Shown: one piece after another, positions 1 through 8,316 of the stretch
Layout of the letters: each line of letters starts with the position of its first letter
Position numbering within the stretch: position 1 is the first letter of the stretch
Assembly: GCA_963806225.1 (NCBI GenBank)
Contig: CAWDXG010000004.1
Coordinates: 4,448,001-4,512,000, forward strand
Source: an uncultured delta proteobacterium
Lineage (GTDB): Bacteria > Myxococcota_A > Polyangia > Polyangiales > Polyangiaceae
DNA: 64,000 nt
Direction: 5' to 3'
Translations under genes and position numbers: made by a program
Notes under the pieces: generated by a model
The model's input: the letters and a program-made list of their open reading frames with translations, nothing else
What the model was told of the DNA's origin: nothing
The model's database searches: none

Positions 1-545
1 AGGCCGCCGGCGCCGTAGCCGACGATGCGCCCCAGATGCAGCGCCGTGGCCGACGCCGCAATGGTCGCGACGTAGGCGTCGCCGGCGAGGCCCGCCGACA
101 GGAACAGCGGCGCGACGAGCACGCCCGCGCCGCCGGAGGCCGCGGTCAGTGCGCCAGTGACGAGGCCGGCCGGCGTCATGGCGCGCGGTGTGACGCGCCA
201 GTTCCAGCGCAAGAGCGCGCGCGCCACGGCGAGCATGGCGGACAGCAGGATCAGGATGCCCAGCACGCGCGGCGGGATCGCGACGGCGAGCAGCCCGCCG
301 AGCGCCGCGCCCGGCACGGCGCCCGCAGCGAACCGGAGTGCGATGCGCCGGTCGAGCGCGCGGCGGTAGAGGTAGAAGCGGTGCAGGTTGCCGAGCAAGA
401 GCGCGGGCGCCGTGCACGCGAGCGCGGCGCGCGGGCCGAACGTGAGCGACAGGGCCACGAGCAGCAGCATGCCGCCGCCCAGGCCCGCCGTGGTGGTGAC
501 CAGGCCGGCCCCGGCACCGAGCAGGAGGAGCGTCGCGCTGTGCAT
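1..545 (-). CDS. TauE/SafE family sulfite exporter-like membrane protein (runs off the left edge)
   Basis: My translation from ATG 545: MHSATLLLLGAGAGLVTTTAGLGGGMLL... Hydrophobic, with the GxGGG motif typical of TauE/SafE. Divergent from a LysR gene. Confidence 0.75.
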   Translation of the reverse strand, partial: MHSATLLLLGAGAGLVTTTAGLGGGMLLLVALSLTFGPRAALACTAPALLLGNLHRFYLYRRALDRRIALRFAAGAVPGAALGGLLAVAIPPRVLGILILLSAMLAVARALLRWNWRVTPRAMTPAGLVTGALTAASGGAGVLVAPLFLSAGLAGDAYVATIAASATALHLGRIVGYGAGG

Positions 546-603
546 GCAGATCGATCTGCGCCTCCCCGGGCGATTGGTCCAATCAATTGTTTATCGTGTT
601 ACC

Positions 604-618
604 ATCAGCATCGGTGAT
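604..618. promoter_or_regulatory. Putative LysR box (ATCA-N7-TGAT, T-N11-A)
   Basis: Interrupted palindrome ATCAGCATCGGTGAT overlapping the LysR start in an AT-rich divergent intergenic region. Confidence 0.5.
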
Positions 619-1478
619 AGATGATCTGCGCTATCTGATCCTGATCGCCGAGCACGGCACCTTCACCAGCGCGGCGCGCCACGCGCACCTGTCGCAACCG
701 GCGCTCACGGCCGCCATGCACCGGCTCGAGGACGTCGTTCGGGGCGGAGCTGTTGCACAGGAGCCGCCGCGGTGCGGTGCTCACGGCGGCGGGCGAGGCG
801 CTGTTGCCGCGAGCGCGCGCGGCCATCGCCGCCTTGGAGGACGGGCGCCGCGCGGTGCGCGAGATCGCGGGGCTGGCGGCGGGCGAGGTGCACATCGGTG
901 CGAGCGCGACGGCGGCGACGTACCTCTTGCCGCCGGAGCTGGCGCAGTTCCGCAAGCGTCACCCGGGCGTGCGCATCGTGCTGCGCGAGATGGTTCCGGA
1001 CGTTGTCGACGACATGGTGGAGAGCGGCGACATCGATCTCGGTGTCGTGACGGGGCCGGGGGGCGAGCTGTGGCGGCGCGACGAGTTCATTCTCGTCGGC
1101 GCGCGCGGCGCGTCGCTCGACGGCCCGTTCGTGACGTTCGTGCCGGGCGGCAGCACGCGCGCGGCACTCGATCGCTGGTTTCCCGACGCGGAGATCGTGA
1201 TGGAGCTCGGAAGCATCGCCGCGGTGAAGGGCCACGTACGCGAGCGCATCGGCATCGCGCTCATCAGCCGCGCCGCCGTCGCGCGCGATCTGGCCGCCGG
1301 GCGCCTGGTCGAGCTCCGGCACCCGCTTGTGCCGATCCCGCGCGAGATCGTGCTCGAGCACCGCGGCGTCGATCGCCTGCCGCCCGCGGCCGCGGCGTTG
1401 CGCGAGCTCTTGATGGCGTCGGCGGATCGGGCGCCGCGCGGGGCAGCGTCGCGTCGGAAACAGCGCAAAAAACGCTAG
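614..1478 (+). CDS. LysR family transcriptional regulator with an apparent +1 frameshift near 736
   Basis: The HTH (DLRYLILIAEHGTFTSAARHAHLSQPALT) lies in one frame. The rest (HRSRRGAVLTAAGE...substrate-binding domain) lies in the +1 frame. Removing one base gives RLEDVFGAELLHR. Confidence 0.85.
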
Positions 1479-1485
1479 GGCACGA

Positions 1486-2115
1486 TCAGAACAGTGCGTG
1501 CAGCAGTGTGAACGCGAAGAAGAGCAGGGCGAGGAAGATGCCGATAGTCACGAAGACAATGTTTGCGGTCATCACACCGGGGCTGAGGCCGGGCAGCGCT
1601 CCCGCAGCACGTGCCGTGCCGCCGCGCTGCACCGTCCAGATCTGCTGGACCAGATTCTGCACCTTGGGAATGTAGTCCTTGCCGGTGAGATACGTGGTCC
1701 GCCAGCTGAACGAGCCCTGCCCGTCCTTGGGCTGGATTCCTTCGAGTACGGCGTACTGCGGGCCGATCTCGATGACGCAGACGGGGCCGGTGGTCCGGAT
1801 GGAAACGCTTTGCTGCGCCCCGGGCGTGCCGCCGAGGATAACGCCGAGGATCCTGTTGTCGATGGGCTGCACCCGCACCTGGTCCCACGGTTCGATCTCG
1901 AGCAGCACGCGCGGCGTGCCGTTCAGCGAGTTGGTGAACAACAGCACGTTGTATTCGCAAAGGTAGAGCCACGCGCGCGCGGAGCTGCGCGTGTACTTGT
2001 CGTAGAACGTAGCGAACACCTGGCGCACCAGCCGCCCGCGGAAGAACCGCTTTGCCAGCCGCTCTCCCTGCACGCCGCAGCCCAGATATCCAACGCCCTG
2101 TGCCAGCAGCCGCAT
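1486..2115 (-). CDS. Hypothetical protein with a C-terminal TM helix
   Basis: 209-aa ORF of normal composition ending in a hydrophobic helix. Confidence 0.6.
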   Translation of the reverse strand: MRLLAQGVGYLGCGVQGERLAKRFFRGRLVRQVFATFYDKYTRSSARAWLYLCEYNVLLFTNSLNGTPRVLLEIEPWDQVRVQPIDNRILGVILGGTPGAQQSVSIRTTGPVCVIEIGPQYAVLEGIQPKDGQGSFSWRTTYLTGKDYIPKVQNLVQQIWTVQRGGTARAAGALPGLSPGVMTANIVFVTIGIFLALLFFAFTLLHALF

Positions 2116-2187
2116 GGCCCTCGAACAAGCCTACACGCTATGACGCCTCTGCCAAGCCGGGACCATGACCGGTGCGTGGCCGCGGAA

Positions 2188-3111
2188 TCACCGCGGATAG
2201 CACGTCGGGTCGAGCAGCTCCGGGCGGTACTCGAAGTGCATGGTGTCGAAGTGGTACCAGCGGCCGCCCCAGATGAAGCCTTCCGCTTCGAACGCATCGA
2301 CGATCGCCTGCGGGTAGCGGTTCTTCCAGTTGAAGTGGCCGTCGGGGTTGGTGGTCTGGTAGCGCCAGTAGTCGGCGCGCTTCGTGCCGAGATCGAGGGC
2401 GATGCCCCAGCTGTGCGAGCTACGGAAGTGGGTGCCGGCGATGTGGCGCCAGTTGAATGAGCCGCCCGTTGACCGGAAGAAGCGGACCAGCTTCGGGTCC
2501 TTCTTGATGGCAGCCTGGATGCGCACCGCCACGCGGCGCAACGGTTCGGCGACCCTCTGATGCACGAGGAACACCGTGCCGCCGATGTGCACCCGGACCA
2601 GCGCGGCGCGCACCTCCTTCTTCGTGCTGCCGTACGTCGCGTCGAGCAGGGGATCGAGGCGCATGGCCCCGGGCTCGAAGTCGACCGGCGGGGCATGGAT
2701 GGGCCCTGTCGGATAGCGCTGCTCGTAGAGATCCGTGACGTTGGGCCAGTAGTAGCCGTTGCCGATCGGGATGCGGCGGCCGGCGTAGGGGATCTCCGTG
2801 CCGTCGGGCAGCACGAGGAACCATTTGCCGCCCTCGTGGCGAGCGGTCGCCTTGTAGTAGCGGACGATGCAGGCGAGTGGCGGCGGCACGGCCGGTGCCG
2901 GTGCGGGCGCGGCGTGCTCCGGCGCGGGATCCGCGGGCGCGGCGTCGTCCGCATGCTGCGCGGGCGGATCCGCAACGCGCGGCACCGGCGGCGGCGGCGA
3001 AGCGACGGCCACCACGCGCGACGCAGGCTCCGACGCGCACGCCAACATGGCCCCGGCCATGACCACTGCAAGGAACGCGCGTCGGGGCATACGGGGATCT
3101 ACGTGCGCCAT
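2188..3111 (-). CDS. M15 family metallopeptidase lipoprotein (peptidoglycan peptidase)
   Basis: Lipobox MLAC, Pro/Ala linker, SSHSWGIALD and FIWGGRWYHFDTMHFEY motifs. Confidence 0.85.
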   Translation of the reverse strand: MAHVDPRMPRRAFLAVVMAGAMLACASEPASRVVAVASPPPPVPRVADPPAQHADDAAPADPAPEHAAPAPAPAVPPPLACIVRYYKATARHEGGKWFLVLPDGTEIPYAGRRIPIGNGYYWPNVTDLYEQRYPTGPIHAPPVDFEPGAMRLDPLLDATYGSTKKEVRAALVRVHIGGTVFLVHQRVAEPLRRVAVRIQAAIKKDPKLVRFFRSTGGSFNWRHIAGTHFRSSHSWGIALDLGTKRADYWRYQTTNPDGHFNWKNRYPQAIVDAFEAEGFIWGGRWYHFDTMHFEYRPELLDPTCYPR

Positions 3112-3157
3112 GCCCGCGACGTTCCCTCGCTGGACGGAAGCGCGGGTGCCGACCTCG

Positions 3158-4414
3158 CTACCCGCCCGTCTGTGCTCCGCGCTCTGCCCGTCGCGTGACG
3201 CGTACCAGCGCGTCGGCCGGCAGCGGTGCGCCGGGATCCGGTGCGTCGAGCGGTTCTTCCACGAGGTCGAAGCGGCCGTTGTCGAAGGGGTCGCCGCGCG
3301 CGGGATCGCGGGGAACGAGGCGTTCGCGCAGACCGCGTGCGGCCAGGGTGCGCGCGCGGTAGTGGCAGTAGGGATTGTTGCCCGGGCGGCCCATCAGCGC
3401 GTGGGCGGTGAAAGTGCAGCCGCCGCGGCAGGGCTCGGCGAACGCGCAGCTCCGGCAGAAGCCCCACAGATCGTCCGCGCTGCGCTCCCGCGCGAACGCG
3501 AGGCGCGGCGCGTCCCGCCACAGCTCGGCGAGCGGACGCTCGGTCAGGTTGCCGCCGACGTAGTACGCGCTCTGCAGCGACGGGCAGCCCTTCACGTCAC
3601 CCGAGGACTCGATGCCGAGCACGAAGCGCCCTGCCTGGCAGCCCGCGAAGTGATCCGTTCCGCCGCGCTCCGCCGAGCGCAGCAGCGCTTCCTCCGGCCC
3701 GAAGTAGCCGAGGTTGTTGCCGGGCATGAGCGTGATGCCGTCCCCGAAGGCGAGCTCCTTGAGCTCCGCGATGCGGGGCACGAGATCCAGCAGGTCCCAC
3801 GGCTGCAACAGCAGATCGGTGCGATCCGCCGCGCGCCCGAGTGGCGCGGTGAGCTGGATCTGCCAGGCCGAGATACCGACGGCGCGGAGCCGCGCGTACA
3901 AGGGCTCCAGGTCGCCCCGGTTGAGGCGGTTCAGGTTGATGTTCGAGCCGATGCGCACGCCCGCGTCGCGCAGCGACCGCAGCGCCGCCATGGCCGAGCG
4001 GTAGCTGCCGCTCGCGTTGCGCAGGCGATCGTGCGCCGCCTCCAGACCGTCGATGCTCACCGACGCGGCGTCGAGCCCCGCGTCGGCCATCTGCCGTGCG
4101 AGCTCCGGAGTGACGCCGCGCCCGCCCGTGGTGAGCTGGACCGCGATGCCGCGATCGCGAAGCGCGCGGATCACGTCGAGGAACGCGGGGTGCAGGTACG
4201 CTTCGCCGCCGATCAGCACCACCTCGCGCGTGCCGAGCGCCGCGAGCTGTCCGACGACGTCGAGTGCGGCGGCGTGATCCAGCTCGCTGTCGCGCCCGAC
4301 CCCAGCGCGTGATCCGCAATGGTGGCAGGCGTGGTCGCAGGCGAGCGTGAGCTCCCAGACCACGTAGGCGGGATGCAGCGGTTCGCCGACAACGTCGAGC
4401 CGCCGGTGGCTCAC
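3158..4414 (-). CDS. Radical SAM/SPASM peptide maturase, splicease-like (PlpX / Y-X10-GDL-associated type)
   Basis: VWELTLACDHACHHCGSRAG (CxxxCxxC). SPASM cysteines GCQAG...GCPSL...CRSC..AEPCRGGC...NNPYC and a C-terminal PFDNGRF. GTG start overlaps the upstream TGA (GTGA, 4411-4414). Confidence 0.85.
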   Translation of the reverse strand: MSHRRLDVVGEPLHPAYVVWELTLACDHACHHCGSRAGVGRDSELDHAAALDVVGQLAALGTREVVLIGGEAYLHPAFLDVIRALRDRGIAVQLTTGGRGVTPELARQMADAGLDAASVSIDGLEAAHDRLRNASGSYRSAMAALRSLRDAGVRIGSNINLNRLNRGDLEPLYARLRAVGISAWQIQLTAPLGRAADRTDLLLQPWDLLDLVPRIAELKELAFGDGITLMPGNNLGYFGPEEALLRSAERGGTDHFAGCQAGRFVLGIESSGDVKGCPSLQSAYYVGGNLTERPLAELWRDAPRLAFARERSADDLWGFCRSCAFAEPCRGGCTFTAHALMGRPGNNPYCHYRARTLAARGLRERLVPRDPARGDPFDNGRFDLVEEPLDAPDPGAPLPADALVRVTRRAERGAQTGG

Positions 4415-4770
4415 GGCGAGGGCGGAGCCGGGCCTGCCGGATCGCCGGTAGCGATGGTGTTGGTGGGCTGCTGGTTGCCCTGGGTGCAGTTGGGGCCGCC
4501 CTGCGCCTGCGACCCCTGTGCGGCGCCGGTCCCATTTCCGCACTGACCGGGAGGGGGCGGCGGCGCCGGCGGAGGCCCGAAGTCGTGCGGCGGACCGCCG
4601 TAGCAGGCCATCAGCGTCATCGCCATGGCGCCCCCGGTCGCGAGCTTCAGACACGCGCGCGCCGCACGCCCCAGCCGTTTCTTCGATGGCCGCGCGCCGC
4701 AGTGCGGACACTCACTGTGCGCAGCCGGAACGAAACCACCGCAACCCGGACAGATCGAAAGCGTGCTCAT
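4411..4770 (-). CDS. Putative rSAM substrate: zinc-ribbon + lipobox protein with CYG motif
   Basis: 119 aa: CPGC...CPHC, a basic stretch, hydrophobic GGAMAMTLMAC, then YGGPP and a Pro/Gln-rich tail. Translationally coupled to the rSAM gene. Confidence 0.75.
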   Translation of the reverse strand: MSTLSICPGCGGFVPAAHSECPHCGARPSKKRLGRAARACLKLATGGAMAMTLMACYGGPPHDFGPPPAPPPPPGQCGNGTGAAQGSQAQGGPNCTQGNQQPTNTIATGDPAGPAPPSP

Positions 4771-5000
4771 CCCGAAGAAATGGATACGGTAGCGGTGCGC
4801 AGGGCGCAACTAGAACCCGCGTATCTCGACGAACCCGGCCAGCGCTCCGTGGGCGAAGTGGCGTTCCCCGCAGCGGCGCAGGAGGCGCGCTGAGCCGCGC
4901 GCGCAAGGGTGCGCGCGCTGAGCGCCCCTCGCGCTGTTGAACCGCGCGCGCTGCGGTGAGACCATGGGTGCGGTGGAATGATGGGTGAGGGGAGCATGCG

Positions 5001-6629
5001 ATGAGCTGGAGCCGGGCGCTGATCGTGACGGCGTGCTTCTTCTTGCTGGGTGGGTTCGCTGCCTGTGTGACGGTCAAGCCCAGCGCCACGATCAAGCTCG
5101 CGTGCCACGCCGGGACCACCAGCTGCGGCGGGAAGTGCGTCGACATCGGGACGAGCGGGGAGAACTGCGGCGCGTGCGGTACGAAGTGCTCGGCGGGCAA
5201 GGTGTGCGCGGCCGGCGTGTGCGTGGTGTCGTGTCCCGCCTCCACGACGCAGTGCGGCCTGGGGTGTGTCGACACCGATTGGGACAACAAGGATTGCGGG
5301 GCGTGCAACAACGCGTGTCCGTCGGGTCAGCTGTGCGCGAAGGGCGTGTGTGCCAAGTCGTGTCCGGCGCCACTGAAGGACTGCGACGGTCACTGCGTGG
5401 ATCTCGACTCGGACGACGCCAACTGCGGCGCCTGCCTCGCGGCGTGCAAGCCGGGAGACGCGTGCAACGGCGGCACCTGCTCGCTTGCCTGTCCGGCGGG
5501 CTCCACCAAGTGCGTCGACGGCTGCGTCGACCTCCAGACCGACAAGCAGCACTGCGGTGACTGCGGCACGGTCTGCGCACCGAACTTGAAGTGCGCGAAC
5601 GGCAAGTGCGTCAGCTCGTGTCCTTCCGACCTCCTGGCTTGCGACGGCTCCTGCGTCGATCCCCGGACCAACCCCCAGCACTGCGGCTCGTGCGGAAACG
5701 CCTGCGCCCTCACCGAGAAGTGCGCTAGCGGGAGCTGCCAGTGCAAGGATCTCTGCGGCACCGAGTGCGTCGACATCCAGAGCGATCCGCAGCATTGCGG
5801 GAGCTGCGACACCGCGTGCGAGTCCACGCAGGCCTGCGTCTACGGGGCGTGCAAGTGCAAGCCGGGCGTCACCCTGTGCGGGACCGACGTGTGTCCCGAT
5901 CTGCTGACGAATCCCGACAACTGCGGAACCTGTGGCGCCAAGTGTCCGAAGGGCGGCGAGTGCATCGACGGGAAGTGCGCCTGTCCTGCCGGCTTGACGG
6001 AGTGCGGAAACGCCTGCGTGAACCTGCTTACGAACGTGAACCACTGCGGCGAGTGCGGCGCGAAGTGCCAGTGGACGTACTCCGCGTCGCTGATCTGCGT
6101 CGACGGGAAATGCGCGTGCCCCGCAGGCCAGACGCACTGCGGCAACCAGTGTGTCTTCCTGGGGACGGACCCGAACAACTGCGGAGCCTGTGGCGCGACG
6201 TGTAACACGGGCGCGATCTGCAGCGGCGGAAGCTGCGTCTGTCCGTCGGGTTTCGACCAGTGCACATCGGGTTGCCGCGCTCTGGCTCTCGATCCCGCGA
6301 ACTGTGGCAGCTGTGGGCACAGCTGCGCCATGAACGAGACGTGCGTTTCAGGCGCGTGCACGTGTGCTCCGCCCCACAGCGACTGCAACGGCACCTGTAC
6401 CAACCTGGCCAATGATCCATCGAACTGCGGCGCGTGCGGCGTTGTCTGTCCGCCGTACGACCCCAAGGGTTCGACGCCCTACTGCCTGTCCGGGAAGTGT
6501 CAGTGCGGGGGGGGATACACGCTCTGTCCGGACGGCTGCGCGGACCTGCAGGCCGACCCCCAGCACTGCGGGGACTGCAGCACGGTCTGCGCGTCGGGCC
6601 AGCAGTGCACGAGCGGGAAGTGCGGCTAG
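5001..6629 (+). CDS. Cys-rich repeat lipoprotein (myxobacterial DxxN/HCGxCG repeats, MXAN_6577/Stig1-like)
   Basis: Lipobox FAAC followed by about 12 repeats of CvDlxxDxx(N/H)CGxCGxxC. Confidence 0.85.
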   Translation: MSWSRALIVTACFFLLGGFAACVTVKPSATIKLACHAGTTSCGGKCVDIGTSGENCGACGTKCSAGKVCAAGVCVVSCPASTTQCGLGCVDTDWDNKDCGACNNACPSGQLCAKGVCAKSCPAPLKDCDGHCVDLDSDDANCGACLAACKPGDACNGGTCSLACPAGSTKCVDGCVDLQTDKQHCGDCGTVCAPNLKCANGKCVSSCPSDLLACDGSCVDPRTNPQHCGSCGNACALTEKCASGSCQCKDLCGTECVDIQSDPQHCGSCDTACESTQACVYGACKCKPGVTLCGTDVCPDLLTNPDNCGTCGAKCPKGGECIDGKCACPAGLTECGNACVNLLTNVNHCGECGAKCQWTYSASLICVDGKCACPAGQTHCGNQCVFLGTDPNNCGACGATCNTGAICSGGSCVCPSGFDQCTSGCRALALDPANCGSCGHSCAMNETCVSGACTCAPPHSDCNGTCTNLANDPSNCGACGVVCPPYDPKGSTPYCLSGKCQCGGGYTLCPDGCADLQADPQHCGDCSTVCASGQQCTSGKCG

Positions 6630-6657
6630 CGACAGCGGTCGCCCCGAACCCCCGCCC

Positions 6658-8196
6658 TCACTCCGCCGGATGCTGCTCTTGCTCCCCCGGGCCGTGATGG
6701 GCGCGGATGCGGCGGCGCATGTCGCCCAGGGTCTGCGAGGCCGCTTCTCTACCTCCCAGTCCGAAGGCGATGGCGGCAGCCACGGCGACGGCGCCCAGGG
6801 TCAGGCCAAAGGCGAGCTCGATGATCTCGTTGGCGATGCCCATCTGCCGGAGCGCCATGGCGCCGGTCAGCGCGAGCACGGCGATGCGCCCCACCATGGC
6901 GAGCAGGTCCGCCTGCGCTACGCCGGTCTGGCGGATCGCCTTGGCTGCGAGGTTCGCGAGATACAAACCGAGCCCGAACACCATGAGCCCGAGCAGCACG
7001 CGCCCGGCGAGCGCCGCGACGCTCACGCCGAGAGCCGCGATGGCGGTCAGGCCGAGCAGTCGAGCAGCCTCCACGGCGCCGAAGTACACGACGGCAACCA
7101 CCGTCAACGACGCGGCGACGTCGGAGGGTGTCTGCTCTCCCTCGATGGGTTTGGAGAAGCCCATCTTCCCGAGGATGCGGTCGAAGCCCACGCCCCTGAG
7201 CACGCTGCGGACGACGCCCGCCAGGAGGCGTGCCGCCACGTAGGCCACGAGCAGGATCAGCGCTGCGCCGAAGATCACGGGGACCGCTCCGAAGAAGGTC
7301 CCAAGCATCCTGCTGGCCGGTGCGGAGATCGCTTCCAGGCGCAGTGCGTTGAGCGCGCCGATCGCCACCGGGATCAGGATCAACGCGTACACGACGATGC
7401 CGATGACGCCGGAGAGCCGCTGCTTGCCCATGACCTTGGAAAGCCCCGTGCGTTCGCTCAGCTTGTCCAGACCCACGGCCGACAGGACGTTGGTGGTCAG
7501 GTGCTGGAGGATGCGCGCCACGAACCAGCCCATCGCCAGGATCACGCCCGCGCTGACGATGTTGGGCACGAACGTCAGGGTCCGCCCCACCATCTGCTGC
7601 ACCGGAGCGAGCAGCCCCTCGAGCCTGAGCGCGCCGAGAAATGCCGGGGCGAAGAGCAGCAGAACGAGCCAGTAGACGATGCCCGCGACGGATCCGCCGA
7701 TCGGCTTGGCAACGGGGCTTTCGACGGGTTCGCCTTCAGGAGGCGGTGAGATCTCGCTCGTCACACGGCGGTCAACGTCGAAGCGCTTCATAGCGGCCGA
7801 CACCAGCCGGCGCGACAGGGAAGCGGCGAGCCAGGCCACGACCAGGATCGCGCCCGCGCCGATCAGGCGCGGAACGTACGCGAAGACGGAGTTCAGGAAT
7901 CCGCCGATGGGTTCGGTGGCCGCCGTGAGCTGGAGCGACTGGAAGAACAGCAGCAGGACGAAGACGAGGGCCACGTAGTAGACGACCTTGCCGACCCAAC
8001 GCGCCGTGTCGACGTGTTTCGCGCGTTCCTCGCTCAGCACCTTCTGCGCGATCCGGTCGTCGAGCTGCGTTCTTTGCAGAGCCGCTCTCACCAGCGCGCC
8101 GAGGAGAATGGCAAAGATCCAACCGACCACTAGTATCCCGACAGGAATGATCAGCTTGGGTAGACCTTCGATCGCGAACGCTCTGAGTTGTTCCAT
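6658..8196 (-). CDS. CmpX-like conserved-TM-helix repeat membrane protein (mechanosensitive-channel related)
   Basis: Repeated (Y/F)VPxxxxAxxIL helices and a C-terminal AIAFGLGGRE motif. Confidence 0.8.
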   Translation of the reverse strand: MEQLRAFAIEGLPKLIIPVGILVVGWIFAILLGALVRAALQRTQLDDRIAQKVLSEERAKHVDTARWVGKVVYYVALVFVLLLFFQSLQLTAATEPIGGFLNSVFAYVPRLIGAGAILVVAWLAASLSRRLVSAAMKRFDVDRRVTSEISPPPEGEPVESPVAKPIGGSVAGIVYWLVLLLFAPAFLGALRLEGLLAPVQQMVGRTLTFVPNIVSAGVILAMGWFVARILQHLTTNVLSAVGLDKLSERTGLSKVMGKQRLSGVIGIVVYALILIPVAIGALNALRLEAISAPASRMLGTFFGAVPVIFGAALILLVAYVAARLLAGVVRSVLRGVGFDRILGKMGFSKPIEGEQTPSDVAASLTVVAVVYFGAVEAARLLGLTAIAALGVSVAALAGRVLLGLMVFGLGLYLANLAAKAIRQTGVAQADLLAMVGRIAVLALTGAMALRQMGIANEIIELAFGLTLGAVAVAAAIAFGLGGREAASQTLGDMRRRIRAHHGPGEQEQHPAE

Positions 8197-8222
8197 GGAC
8201 CCCCCCTCGTCCCGGCGTGTGT

Positions 8223-8238
8223 TGCATTTCTCGTGCCC
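8223..8238 (-). promoter_or_regulatory. Putative sigma54 -24/-12 promoter of the CmpX-like gene
   Basis: Minus strand reads GGGCACGAGAAATGCA (GG-N10-GC), about 27 bp upstream of the ATG and upstream of the GAGGGG RBS. Confidence 0.55.
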
Positions 8239-8316
8239 GCAAGCCGCCAGGTGCTGCGATGCAAAGCAGACGCGATCTGCGAATCGCGAGGTGTCGCGTC
8301 AGTCGGTGCGGTATCG

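Noticed and set aside
4415..4711. 517-aa version of the rSAM ORF
   Set aside because: The extension overlaps the precursor gene; GTG 4414, coupled to the precursor stop, is the better start.
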